From Auanema rhodensis (taxonomy: Eukaryota > Animalia > Nematoda): a stretch of DNA of 64,000 nucleotides. Every line of letters starts with the position of its first letter. The stretch's first letter is position 1. The stretch covers positions 16,864,001 through 16,928,000 of the forward strand of contig OZ059895.1 of assembly GCA_964057225.1 (NCBI GenBank). The letters are read 5' to 3'. The notes beneath the pieces are model-generated. The model did not search any database. It was not told the DNA's origin and saw only the letters and a list, made by a program, of their open reading frames with translations. Positions 13,784 to 28,521 of the stretch are shown piece by piece. The position numbers were made by a program, and so were the translations under genes.

Positions 13784-16737
13784 TCTAATTTGAATATAAA
13801 ATGAAGTAAATACCATATAGTTAATATGGTATAAACAACGATATTTAATTTGAACAATCAGAGCGAATCAACAAGAAGCTAAAGTATGAAACATGTATGG
13901 AATGAAATAGGAAACAGGATGTTAGGCTGGTTACAAAGCTCAATGCTCATGCACTTGAGTTCGATCATCAATACAGCAAAAGTGAAAAATGCTTAAAAAT
14001 TCTAATTGGATATGAAAACTACACAAAATTGGTGATTCATATGCGCAAGCTCAAGTGCTACTTCTTGCAGCAGTACCAGCAGCATCGTCGTCAGTAGTAG
14101 ATGTAACAGCACGTTCAAACATAGAGAGAACAATGAATAGAATACCGAAAATGTAGCTGTTGAAACACAAATTGATAGAATATGAGCTATGCTTCATGAG
14201 CTAAACGTTGAACAAGACCGCCTTCGCAGCTATCTGATCTGAAAACCAGAAGCAGCACAATCTGTCTTATATAGGCTTTCTACAACAGCTCAAATCAGCT
14301 CGTAAGAATTCCTGAGAATTTCATGATTCCAGCTCTAATTCAGATGATATTATCTAATCCGCTATATAATTTTTGATACAGGATGCAACAAAAGATACAG
14401 AGAGAGAGAGGGGGGGGGGCGAGAGAGAGAGAGAGAGAGAGAAAGTAGAGGAAGAGAGAGAAGGTGAAGTGAAAAAAGAGAGAAAAAGAGAGCTGGAGCT
14501 AACTATTCTGAACTGTTTCGGCAAGCCATCGCATCAAAGAAATGTGAAAAAAAATCCTAAAATCTCTATCTATTCACATATATATAACATATAGATAATA
14601 CCCAGCTAAGTACTAAGCTATTATATAATATTAATATATATATATATATTTATATATTAATATATATTTTTTTGAAATATATTTATTAGTTAAAAAGACA
14701 AATGTTTTTATCTTTCTTTCTTTCTTTTTTTCCTCTCATTTTTTATTTGAAAATCTGCCACCCTACACAGATTTGCATTTTGACTTGCATGCTCAGCCCA
14801 GCAAGTCATTCTCTTTCTAATCGGCATTATCATCATAAGCTATTAATTTGAAGAAAACTTCTCATTTCCATGAACTATTCATGTAGTTGGAATGATTTTT
14901 AGCCATATCATCATAGATATCTTTTCTATATTTCATATAAATTAATTTTTTTTAACATAATTCCTAACTTTGAACAAGCTTTAAGCTGTATTTCTTGGTA
15001 TTCAATTTCTTAAAACGTGTTCCTCGTTTAAGCATATATCTTACATATAATATATGTACGTATAGTTAAAGATGATGTCAAAACTTGGATGATAAGTTGA
15101 AATAAAATTTTTTTACACACAGGAAAGAGAGAATAGAAGGATAGACAGAGACATTCATTCTCTTCTTCATCGTCTTTCATGTTTGATCTTTCAATATACA
15201 ATCATCTAAGATATAAACTGCTTATGATTTTTAAAAATTAATTTATTATGATTATATAGATTATATAGTATATTATGTTATGATGGAATTATATTGTGGT
15301 TTGAAAAGAGAGAGAGAGAGAGATAGAGAGAGAAAGGGAGATGTGAACTTGTGTACGTTCACGTATGTTATGATCCGGACTATACTCAATATCCACATCA
15401 TCATTAACGCAAATACGTCGTTAAGAATGAGATGTAATACGTAAGTTAGTTCATACAAGTTCATTCTTTAGTGATAATACCAGAATATGCTCTTACATAC
15501 ATGCAGCTTTATCGATTCAGCTTCTTGTTTAATCTTCAAACTTTCATAAAATTTCTTGGATAACGATGAGATGAAGAAGATGAAGACGAAGAATGATGAG
15601 TAGAAGGACAACAACTACTCACGAAAACCTAAATGAGTTGAGGGTCAAGCTTTCGAGTAAAATCTCATCATCAATCAGTTCTCATCATCAAACGACTTCG
15701 TCGTAGTTTCCACATTGCTTGGGTGCTCGGTTCTGCCGGCGGCCTTGCTCGCCATCATCATCAGCAGCAGCAGTAGCATCAGCAACATCCAACATATAAA
15801 CACATTCTCATCATTGTGTTTACATGTTATTGTTGTTGTTTCATTAATGATAACAGATGCTGAGATGATGAGACCACTACATGTGTCTGAACAGACACAT
15901 AGGCACAAGGTGAAAAAGATTTCAAACGAAGACTATTTGGACTATCCTCATTCAGCTTGTATCAATCTATGATTCAAGTTTAATATTCATTAGAAACTTA
16001 ATTAATCAATTAAAGAATAACTAGAAGACGAATTGTCTGTCCTTCGATATGATGAACGTTGATGTCTCAGACATATGGCTCAAAATTGAATGTTGAGAAG
16101 TGAAATGCTTAAATTGGCCAAGAACATAGCAGGTTCATAATAGAAAAGATAGTCGAGAGTTTTGAAAGGGATAGAGAAGGGTAGGTGTAGGGTGATAGTG
16201 TATGAATAAGATGAAACAGAGCTTCTTCTTCAGAAGGAGAAGCAACTTTATGAACTTCATCGAAAGTATCAACATCTTCTTTTTCTTTGTTTAACAACGA
16301 ATTACCTACAAAAGTGGAATGGAAATGAAAACGTTTATGAGTAACAACCTCATTCATAGTTCAATCTGAGCATTTTCATCACAAAATTCTATTAAACTAT
16401 TTCAGTCTGAAGGGATTTGTTGAGTGTAATTTAAGGATAATACTACAATCTTTCTAAAAATCTTCTTGTTATATCATCATACGATATGACTGTGTCTAGT
16501 ATGTGAGTACAAGATAGAAGAAGGCAGAGTTAGATGAGAATAGGTTAATACTCCTACAAGTTCAAGAAAATTCGATGAAAAACGGACTAACTATACGATA
16601 TAGTTCATGTAATTTCTTTTCAAAAATAGTATGTAACATAATGTTATTTCTTGGTCTCACTATATAATTTTCTTGCAAATTCTAACAAAATATTCATCGC
16701 TTAACTAGAGAGCATCAACCTCTTCCTTCTCTCTTTA

Positions 16738-16776
<39 letters not shown>

Positions 16777-17926
16777 ATTTCTCTCTCTCTCTTTCTCTTT
16801 AATTCTATCTATTTATATATCCATCTAATGCTTCAACTCTTCGCCAAAACTTTCGTAATCATTCCTGTCTCTAAACGAAATTTTTCTTTTCTCCATAATG
16901 GCACGCAAATTGGGTGAAGAAGTGTGAAAAAGACGTTTATTTAGATTACGTTAACCATTCCCTTTAGCATCCAAATTGAACTTAACTCTCTCTTTTTTTC
17001 ATTTTTTTTACCATTTCGATAAGTAAGTAAGCTACAGAAGACGAATAATACGACGACGACGACGACGATGCCATGAGGATGATGATGACGATGTTCTAAC
17101 TGATGAACAAATTTGGCAGAAACAACTTGATTTTGCACCAAAAACATAATTACATTTTCAAGCAATGCAAAAGAATTTAATAACTGTTATATGATATTGA
17201 AATTCATCAATACATCATTAATCCGCTTGTTAACCATACTTAACAAAGCTGAAACTTAAAGCATTAAGCTTTGCAGAGTTTAGACCTTGACACATACTCC
17301 TGCCTCATTTCTCTTCTGTATGGTGTTATGAAATCTTGTTTTTCTCATCAAAATTTCTTTTGAATTTACTTCTTCAACTAAGTTTCACATATTACTATGC
17401 TTCTCCTTCTCCTCCTCATCATCATCATCATCATCCTCCCACTACGTCATTCTCTTAGATTCACGAATTAGATTCTTGATTTCTCAAGTGGATGAAAAGT
17501 CAATTTCTTTGATGAAATGTGCACAAGCTTCTCATAAAGGCTTTTACTTATACATCCAAACATGAAACCAATGCTTATTCGCTAAAAGAGAAATAGAGAG
17601 AGATAGAGAGAGAGAAACTAGTCCTTCTCATGGTATTAGCCTGTCAAAGGTTGTAAGTCATATCTTCTTGTTTGGCTGTTTGTTTGAAGATTTTCTATTC
17701 AAATTCAAAATCTTACTTCATTCTTTTTTTCTCTGGAATTTGATGAAATTAGCTATGTCTTAGAATGAGATAATATATAGTTAATATAGTATATAAATAC
17801 ATAAATATAACTATATATATATAAACTAATCACATAATAAAATATATTATAAAGATATCAGTATTATATAATAATAATTCTAATTAATAACAAAAACTCC
17901 AGAAGAGGTTGAAAGCTAAGCTCTCC

Positions 17927-17927
<1 letters not shown>

Positions 17928-18000
<73 letters not shown>
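17928..18000 (+). repeat. (AG)n microsatellite, ~73 bp perfect
   Basis: Read directly. Confidence 0.95.
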
Positions 18001-18003
<3 letters not shown>

Positions 18004-18694
18004 ACAAGTAGCAGGCTATAAACAGAAATACAGCCTATTAATACTTATAAGATAGATTTATAAAAAAGATTTTCATCTAATCATCTCCGTTTAGGATTAA
18101 ACATCTTTCACGCCATACATCATTAAAGTAAATTGTCTATATTATAATAATAATAATCAAAAGAAAAGACAATAAAAATTAATTTTTTTAAAGCTTTTTT
18201 CTAAAACTTAAAAACTTAATTGAAACATAATATATAGAAAATGTGTAAAATTCATTTTTATATCAATTTTAAAAGCTAATAATAATGAAACGTTAAGCTC
18301 ATAATAAACATTCATCACGAGGAAACAGGTAAAAATAAGATTACGGTAATATTTTCCGTGAATGATTACGGTAATTGGGTAAAAAGACACGGGAAGCATA
18401 TATGCACAAATACATAAATAGCATAAATATTTGAGTGAAAAAAGTCCGTAATCATAAAGAAAGTCCGAAAAATTATAAAACTTTAAAACTTGAAGAGCAT
18501 TAATCAACTTATTTTCTTTAAATCAAAACATTTTTTAAATGAAGTTACTTTTTGTATTTTATAGAAAAATGAATTCATCACATGGCATCATACATATGAT
18601 GTAAATGAAATGGAAAAATGAACAAAATGTTTAGAAGTTTGTCAAGTTGGAATTAAATTTCTAATAGACAAATTATTGAAACTTATAAACTTAC

Positions 18695-19014
18695 TTCAGA
18701 ACTAATCCAACAAACTAGCACAGATACAGCTTCTCCCCGTTGATGACTCTCCCGTATATTCTTCAAATTGTATCTTCAAACGACTTCCGTTTCTGCTTCT
18801 TATTGTTCTTCTTCTTTGTAATTAGTCTCTCTGTTTTTTCCCTTTTTCTTACTCTCTCTCTCTGTATTTCGATTACCGAAATTTACAAAAGAGAGAGAGA
18901 AAAAGAGAGATAGACAGAGAGATTTTAAAAATTAACAAGCTGACAAGTAATACAGCTTCTGATACTTCGCCTCGTTGGATCACGATCAATCGTGAACCAC
19001 GAGTTCCTCTGGAA
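18695..19014 (-). other. Candidate non-coding (5'UTR-like) exon of a leftward transcript
   Basis: Minus-strand acceptor TTTCAG (plus CTGAAA 19015-19020) and donor GTAAGT (plus ACTTAC 18689-18694) flank 320 nt with no convincing ORF. Confidence 0.25.
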
Positions 19015-19139
19015 CTGAAACAATATATATAAATATTATAATTATTCTATATTATTACATATAAATAAGATAACTGATATATGATATAGTTAAAGATAAT
19101 GATCTATGTCATTTCAAGTTAATAAGGAAAACACATTAA

Positions 19140-19171
<32 letters not shown>

Positions 19172-20515
19172 GGGGGAAAGGCATAGAAAACAAGGCAAAC
19201 TTTATCTACAAAATAATTAATTTATAAAATTAAGCAAAGAAAAAGAATTGAGAGATGAGAGAGAGAGCAGGGTGAGAGAGAAAACGAGACAGAAAGAAGT
19301 ACAAGTAAATCTTAAATTATTTCGAAAAATTTCAAAATTTTATAAATTTAATTTTTTTAAAAATTCAAAAATTGTAAATCACTTGAGATAAAATGATTAA
19401 AGTTTGTAAAGCATGCTCTTAACCAATCAAGATAATTCGCAATATCATCTTTCTTTTGAATATTCAACTGATTTGGCTTGATTGCAACAAAAAAAATAAA
19501 GAAGATGATTAGAAAAATAGAAAACTAATTATAAAATTATAAATTAGTAAATAAATAAGAGAAAAAAAAGATTAGAATGATATGAACAGGTGATTGTTGT
19601 TGGATAGGCTGGCAGGCATAGACAGACTGGGTGGCTTAGATGCAACATGGGATATGAGCTATGAGATGGTCAACTCTTTTGATGATAATCTTTGAAGATG
19701 AAAATGTTTTTAGAACTAAATGAGATAATAATTCAGAAAAATATTCATAATTTGGCAGACGGCGAAGAAAAAACAAAAGAAATTAAAGATTATCTTTAAA
19801 AAAATAAATTTTTCAATCAAGTTTTTACGTTAAAAAATGAGTTTAATGCGTTTAATTGAATAGAAAAATGTGATGAAAATATATATTTATATTTATAAAA
19901 ATAGAAAATATAAGAATAACTTTAAAGAATAAGATTAAGAAAGTGACAGAGAGAGAGAGAGAGAAAGGGAGCAGAGAGAAAGAGAGAGATAAATAGAGAA
20001 GAGATATAAATTGCCTGAGGGTGATTCAAAAAAGAAATAACTTAATAAACACATAATTAATTATAAATAATAATAATAAAAATAATTGTCAAATGAAAGA
20101 AATTTGGAATGAAATGTAAAAGGAAATGTGATTATTAGAAAAGAACGACAAGGATCAAGAGAATATCGTTGACTATAAAGTACAAAAATCAATTTGATTT
20201 ATGAATCATTTTGAAGTTGAAATATGGATTTGGAAACTTGGCATGAAACTCTAAACTCTTGTAAACTTCAATTTCCTGATGAATGTGCTGTTGTATCTGC
20301 CTTTTCTCATTCTGTCTATATACCTCTTCATCTCTTGTTCTAGGAGATGCTGATCATCCTTCTTCTATCTTTATTTGTGTGAATAGTTTTGAGAAAGAAA
20401 TAAAGAGTCACGATCACTAATTGCAGGAATAATTAAATTAATTTTCTCAACAAGACTTTAAGAACTCTTTGTTTTATTTTTTTTTTCAATTCACTCGATG
20501 CTGTATTATTTTATT

Positions 20516-20571
<56 letters not shown>

Positions 20572-21315
20572 CTGAGATCTCATACAGTTAGCAAAAACTT
20601 GCAAAACTGACCAGCTCAAAATCATAGCATGTGGTTGACTCTCTTGCTGTCACTCCCTCATTCACGCTCTGTCTCGGTAGATTATACATATAAATAATCT
20701 ATAGAGTTAAAAACATGATGATGTTTATCAGAAATTTCCTATATAGTTTACCAGAATTCATCTCTTCTTCCTCTTTTTTTCCTGCTCCTCCTTCTCGTCA
20801 TTGCTCTCCCACATCAGTTAGTAATGAAGCTCTTACTCTCGTGTTACTACTATTGCTACTACAAGGTCTGACTCAGCTTCTGCGCCTTCTGATTCCTTCC
20901 TCTATCTTCATTTTTTTTAATTCCCTCCCTCTCACACCCTTCCCTCTCTCTCTTTCTCTCTTTCTTTTTCCGTTTTCTTTTCTCTCCAAAAATAAAAATC
21001 GTTCAATTAATAGCAATTAGTAGCGCTAGTATCTGAGCAAAAGGCATGTCTTTTCCTCATCAAATTAGGAAATTGGAAAAGCCAGTAAAGCAAAAAGTCT
21101 AATCAAACCATTGTTCTGGATGAAACAATCATATATTATACTCAATTAGGTAATGTATAACTTAATTATATACTTTTTATCTTATCGTATAATGAAATAT
21201 TATTATTTCATTAATGTTCGGAGAAATAAATGAAAAATCAGCTAGTAAAGGCAGCGTAACAGCTTATCGTTTTCATGCTCTTTCTCTCTTTCTCTCCCTC
21301 CCTCCCTCTATCTCC

Positions 21316-21318
<3 letters not shown>

Positions 21319-21408
<90 letters not shown>
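21319..21408 (+). repeat. (CT)n microsatellite, ~90 bp perfect
   Basis: Read directly. Confidence 0.95.
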
Positions 21409-21412
<4 letters not shown>

Positions 21413-23185
21413 TCTAATAGGTCCAGCTACTGATTAAATAGGCTCCAACTTCAAAAAGCTTTACATAGTAAGCGGGTAGTGAGTCAGTCAGAAAATTATC
21501 AAAAAAAAAGATGAAAATAAGAAAAGTTGAAAGAAGTTAAAGAATTATATCACCGGAGCTTTTCAAAGAAAAAGCTTATTGATTTCAATAAATTTGAACA
21601 AAAAATCAAAGAACTTTGATAAGTTAAAGCAATTAACATCATATCTCTGAGAATAATGAACATCATTATGTCATATTTAATAAGAAATATTACTATTTAG
21701 TAGCATCATATTCATATTTTTGATGAAAAATATGAAAAAATTGATGAAAATGTTATGAAATACGGTTTTTTGGCTGAAAAAATGGGCTGAAATATAGAAG
21801 AAATCAAGAGCGTAGAGACAAATATGTCATAAAGCAGGAGAGTAACAACTGCTAATTTCAGTGATAATGAAACGGAAATTAGAATATTGCCGCAGGCATG
21901 GTAAGCTAGAGAGCTGACAATGATATGTACCCTGAGGCAAGTTAGACAGAATATGAGAGAGAGAGAAAGAGAAAAAGAGAGAGTACGTTAGAAATATAAT
22001 TTAGTTAATCCATAAATACAGATGAACAATCAGAAGGTCAATATACAATGGGAAGCAGCTTCACAACAAGATTTCCATGTCAAAGACAACCAAAAAGGTT
22101 GTAAGCTTATAACTCTAACTTACTCTTTGAAAATCTCTCTTCCTCTCTTTCTTGCTATTCGTCGTCTCTATTTCGCTAAATTGCTTAGTTCGAGGTCAGA
22201 TGATTCCTTATCACACTGAAGCATCATGTTCCGGCATATTCACAGAATGTTTCTCGAAATCTGCGGTAATCTCTTTTTAGCTTAAATCCATGGAATTGAT
22301 TTTTGTATCAACTTAACTAAGATTATGTACTAAGTGAATTCATGCTCTTGCACTTCTGATTTCATGAAGTCTTTTTCGATCTCTACTACTTTCTCTCTAT
22401 TCCTCCCTCTCTTATATTTGCCTACTCTTTCATTATCTCTCTTTCTCTCTGCTACCTGTCTCTCCATATGTTAGTCCATTATTCAATCTCTTGACTCAAT
22501 ATCCTTTTATTCTGGCTAATAAACCGTTAATTAGTCCTTCCACGATATTCTAAATTAAATTGAAAATCAGAAAAGAGACTCAGTTGAATGGAACGGGAGA
22601 GGCCAGTTTGAGGCAGGGTGGTATGTCAGACGTGCATGTAGACATGTATGCATCTCTGAAGTCGTACGACACGAGATAGAAGACGTTAAGATAAAAGAAA
22701 TGTGAAAGCAGATGAGTACAAGCATCATGAACTTAAGCATTTCCCTATCGTTGACCGCTCCATCTTCGCTTATTCATATCTCACAAATGAAACTCACAAA
22801 TTCAATAAAGATTGATAGGTGCTAATGTCTCATGAATTGAATATGTGATCATTTGAATGACTGATGCTCAAACAGATTGTTGTTGTCGTTCAATGTGTTA
22901 GTTGTCTCGTTTGTTTCATTTCACAAATCATCAAGAATAAGATTAACTATGAATTGAAGCTTTCTGTATATCAATAGTCCTTTAATTTTTAATTATTTAT
23001 ATTGTATAATTAGTTATTTAAACTTTCATTATGCAACATATGCAGCCGTTTTTTCTTTCGTTTTTGCTTGCACATCATGATTTCTCTTCTACTATTCAAT
23101 TGGTTCTCTCTCTCTCTTTCTCTCTCTTCTTTACCCCTCTCTCTCTCTCCCTCTCCTTCTCCCCTCTCTCTCTCTCTCTCCTTCT

Positions 23186-23221
<36 letters not shown>

Positions 23222-23313
23222 CGTTTCCTTTTGAAAAATTGCTGTTTAATTATGAATTATAATCTCTTGGTATGCTCACATAGCTCTTGCAAACAGCTCA
23301 AAAAAGTGCATGC

Positions 23314-23409
23314 CACGTGATTAATATACAGGTTGACACCGTGTTCACGTGAACTATCACGTACATCGAAATTCATTTTAGCTTAATCAAGTGGATGTGA
23401 TTGGTTGCA
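23314..23409 (-). promoter_or_regulatory. Dispersed module, variant copy (TGCAACCA)
   Basis: Minus strand reads TGCAACCA...AAATGAATTTCGATGTACGTGATAGTTCACGTGAAC...CACGTG; includes the 12-bp palindrome GTTCACGTGAAC 23343-23354. Confidence 0.4.
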
Positions 23410-24447
23410 TACTATACTACTTTATATAAAATACTGTATAATAGATTAAAAAGTAAAAAAACAAACATAGAGAGAGAGAGAGAGAGAGAGATAGAGAGAG
23501 AGAGACTGAGAGAAAACGAGAAAGAGCATATATAGTTATACAAGATATATATATATAAGCTATAACAAGATATAGAATCACGGTTGAAAGGCATAATATC
23601 CAAAAATCTTAATTATATCCTTCAATACGGTTATTACAGAATATATATTGAAATACATAAATAGATAGACAAATAGATAATATATAATATAAATATGTGT
23701 CACATAGTACTCAATTTACTTCAATCTCATTTATCAATTTGGATATTTAATCAATTTCTACGATATAGTCATTTGAATTGAGAAACAAGAAGAAGAAAAA
23801 ATATCTGAATATATTATATAAACTATACAATTAGTTAGTTAGCTATATATACATATAGATAATGCTATTCATCTACTGTTCAAGCTATATTCAGATATAC
23901 ATGTACATACATAGTATAGTTAAATCATTAACTATATATATATATATATTAGAAAATAAAGAAAAAACTCTTAAAAGATAAAATGATAAATCATATATGA
24001 GAATTAAGGATAAGGATACATATACTTTAACTTATAAATAACTATTTCTTATAATTATTCAATTATTATGTTTAGTTTATAAGAGAATTAAAACAAAAAA
24101 ATGAAATTGAAGTTGTTAGAAGGGGAAAGGTGAAACGAAGACAAGCTGAATGAGATAGATGATGTGCTCATCATCTTCCAGTTTCAGTACATTTCAATGT
24201 TATTACATCAAAACACAAAGAAGAATCAAAGAAATTATGAGTATGTATATGTGTTAATTTCCAATTTTTTAATAGTTATCATATTAAAATTATAAATTAA
24301 ATAGTTAATTCTAATTAAAAATGAAATAAATTATGAAAATAAATAATTTATAAGAGAGAAATAAGAAGCGAAACATGTATATAGTTATATGTATGTAGTA
24401 TATACATAAAGAAATTCTCATTTACGTATTGTTTAAAGAAAAAAAAG

Positions 24448-24500
<53 letters not shown>

Positions 24501-25712
24501 AAATATATAGTTAACTGAATATTGTCAGTGACAGTAGTTAGAGAGAGCTGAATACTAGAATGAGCAATACTAATAGATGCACAGGGAATATGGTTGCCGA
24601 ACTGTAGATGTGAAGCAGCATAAGGCTCGTTAAGCCTTAAGTTTTGAACAACTGAAATTTGATATTAGTAAAAAGTGTTTAAGACACTATTAAGAAATAA
24701 TATATGAAGAAGAAGAATTAAAACGAGAAACATGAGAGAAAGAGAAAGAAGAGTTGATGATCTGATTGAATAACTTATTTCTAATAAAATATATTAATCT
24801 AACTATGTGTAAATAATAAAATATCTCAAAAAAATGAATTGAATAGACTTTAAAAGTTAATTTATTTGTAAAAAAAGTAACGAGAGATTGCTTTTCAAAG
24901 CATAAACGAACAAATCTTGAGCTCGCCCATATCTCGTTCGTCAGTCTAACGGGTATTAATGCATTAATTGGCAGGTTGTCTCTCTCTTTCTCTTTTTCTC
25001 TCTCCTTTTCCCTTTCTCTCTTAGTTTTTCTATCTAGTTCATCTAGATATTTTTCTCTAATTCTCTTCACGTACAATGTTATAAATATATCTTTTTTTAT
25101 ACTTTTTACTCATTTTCTATCTTATATTCCACATTTACAACCTTGTCACAAAGTGAAATAAAGACTTAAATACTCAAATCAAAAGGTAAATTGTTGTCAG
25201 ACTGGATTGCTCTCCTTCTCCTCTCTTTCTTTCTCTCTCTATCTCTATTTCCTCTTCTCTCTTTCAACTTTTCATGAGCTTCTCATATATTTCTGACTTT
25301 CCATGACTCCGACGGCTTACTCCTCCATTCGTTTCACCTACTACTCGTCAGCTTACTCTCCAATCTCCAGACCTTCATTTCAAAAAAAAAAACTTTAAAA
25401 ATAAAAATAAAAATATAATTATATGTATATAGTTAGTTACCGAAATTTTTCGTTTTATAAATATATTTTAATAACAATTTGTTCACTAAGTACTTATTAG
25501 AAAATGCCTGATGAAGACACAATAATTTTCGAAATTTTCGTTGTCATTCTCCGAAAAAAAAGACAAAAAACTTATCAGAATTGTAAAGAAAATCCATTTT
25601 CTCAAAAGAATATAGCATAATTCTCATATTTTATTCAATTCAAATATGTTTAATTCTGGAAAAACATTGATGAAAAATCAGTTCCTCTATTTCACTCTCA
25701 ATGTCTTTTTAA

Positions 25713-25751
<39 letters not shown>

Positions 25752-26544
25752 CAAACTCGCAGACTATAAAATTATAAAATGGTCATAATTATGGAAATTA
25801 ACTAGATTATATGTTAAAAATAGGAAAAAGCAAGTTTACAAGTTGATCAGATGACGGTTGGAAAAAAGTAAAATTATGTTTCCAATTCCTTTTTAAAAAA
25901 AGGAGAAAAGAAAAAAAACAAAGAGAGACGATGTACAAACAGATAGATTCAAATATTTTTTTTTTTTGAATAAAAAAATATAATTTTGCTTATAGTTAGT
26001 GGACAATGGATATATTCAGATAGTTAAAGCTGTTAAAGCTCAGTATAAACTACTAGCAGCTTGACTGGTCGTCTGCGTCATCGGTTGGTCAAGGTAGACG
26101 CTATGTCTGTGACGTCGTCACCACCTTCAGCTTTAGCAACAGCAACATAGCATCAGTCTGTGTTTGCTTCTTATCCTCTTGCTATCGTCCTTCTCGTCGC
26201 CATCGTCGTCGTCGTTGTCTTTTGAAGCTAACTGACTAACAACATTAATTAGTCGAGGGAGGGCTAATTTTGATTAAATTAACGGCATCGAAGAGCTAAC
26301 AACCAACCTAGTCATTTACTTACTTTTCTTCTCTTTTGTCTTTTACTCTCTCTTCTTCCCCTATCTCCCTCTCTCTCTCTTTCTCTCCCTCTCTCTCTCT
26401 CTCACATATACTGCCCTTCTCTAACTCTTCTTAAAATTTTATTCTAAACATTTCGATTTTGATCATTCCCTCTTATACTCTATTGTTTCTCTTATCTTTT
26501 ATGTATATTCTCTATCTCTCTCTCCCTCTCTCTATCTCTCTCTC

Positions 26545-26601
<57 letters not shown>

Positions 26602-26812
26602 ATTCGACTAAGCCGTTTTTCATGTATCTGTTCCCTCTCCTTCCTATGCATATTGCTCCAGCTCAGTGCACCAGTTCCGTCGCCATGTATTTCCTTCGAA
26701 TACTTGTCCTCTTGTAGGCTTCGAAGCAAAAGCTTCATATAACAATCAGATTTGCATTACATTGTTTTGTATGTTTTCAGTCTACGCCTCCCCCCTCCTT
26801 CCTCTCTCTCCC

Positions 26813-26850
<38 letters not shown>

Positions 26851-27392
26851 TAACCAAAATTTCCTTTATTTCTCTTTCAAAATACATATAGTATATATGA
26901 AATATTAACTATTAAAAGAAATGTACTTTAATACCTATTAATCGTATATATGATTATAAGTAGTATCATTATAATAATTATCAAAAACGTTTCATGATAA
27001 TATGATAATTGTCTTTAAAATTCTCACAAAGTTACTTTCATATACACAGTTTGTTTCTGGAATATAGTAGAAAGTATGTTCTTTCGATTACATTACAGAT
27101 TATTACAGTCCTCATGACCTCCTGAACAGAGATAGAGAGAGATAGAGAGAGGTAGAGAGAGAAAGAGAGACTAAGAGAGAGAGAGAGAGAGAGAGAGAAA
27201 ATCAACGATTAACTAAACAAAAATAAAACAAAAAAATAAAAGTTTTAGCATCGCAAAGCTAGATATTGATGAACATGTAACTTCAAACTAAATCTTTTTC
27301 ATTACTTTCAACGGTTGTCCATAATGTAATTAGTATCTCCTGGATTTATACAGAGAGAAAGAGAGTAAGAAAAAGATAGAGAGAGAGAGAAG

Positions 27393-27443
<51 letters not shown>

Positions 27444-27922
27444 AGGAGAGAGAGATAGCTTAAGAGAACGACACACAAAGAATCAAAGAAAATATAAATA
27501 AATGAAGGGAGAGAGAGAGAGATAGAGAGACATATCAATGAAGAGTTTAAAGAGAGATGACCAACGAAATGACTTGAACTGAATTAATTGATTGTTGTTC
27601 AAGTTTGTTTCTTTCTTATTCTCTCCCTCTCTATATTCCCTCTCTTGCTTTCTCTTTCTCTCTCTTTATTTAAATATAAAAGAGGTTTAAGATGTACGTG
27701 ATAAGTGACATGCGTGTATGTTGTAATTGAAACTTATATGCTTACATGCAAAGAGATATTTATCTGATCAGCAGTTTCTATATATAAATTAAATTATATT
27801 TAATTAAATAATACAAAAATTATGTAAAATACTATTAAAATTATTTAATAATAAGTCAGAAAGAGAGAGAGAGAGAAAGAGAGAGACGAATGTGGAAGAG
27901 AATGAATAGTTGATCATGTAAG

Positions 27923-28013
27923 CAACCGTGCCTCTTGTATACATTCAATCAAAATGATCCTTATTATGCAAATTCATAAAATCACGTGTAATACGTCAAC
28001 GTGAACTTACGTA
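27923..28013 (+). promoter_or_regulatory. Dispersed module, copy 3
   Basis: CAACCG 27923; four ACGT cores at 27984, 27993, 27999 (ACGTGAAC) and 28009. Confidence 0.5.
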
Positions 28014-28472
28014 GATTACAAGAACATACGCTAAAAAACAAAAAAAAATTATAAAGAGAGAGAAAGAGAGAGAGAGGGGGGGGAGATAGAAGAGAAAGAG
28101 GGTGAGAGGTTAGAAGAAAGAGAGAAAATGCATAGGATAGCGTCAATAAGGTAGGGCTACAATGAATGGATTAACTATCTGAACTAAGCAGTTAATGAGA
28201 AAATTAGAAAAACAAAAGTCAATTAAATTTGTCAAAAAAAAAGATAAAAGTGTTAAAAATGAAAATTGAATTGAATATAGATGGTTGATTACGAAATAGA
28301 GAGGATCGGATATTGCTGGATGAATAATGAGCTTTTGGTTTGTGGTTCTGAACGCTGAAGCAAAAGCAGAAGAATACAGTGATAGATAAGGAAGATGAAG
28401 TTGACAAGCTAATTGAGCTTTGACCACACAGTGATAGAAGAGACAGTAAGGTATAACGAGAGGTCTTCAAAC

Positions 28473-28521
<49 letters not shown>

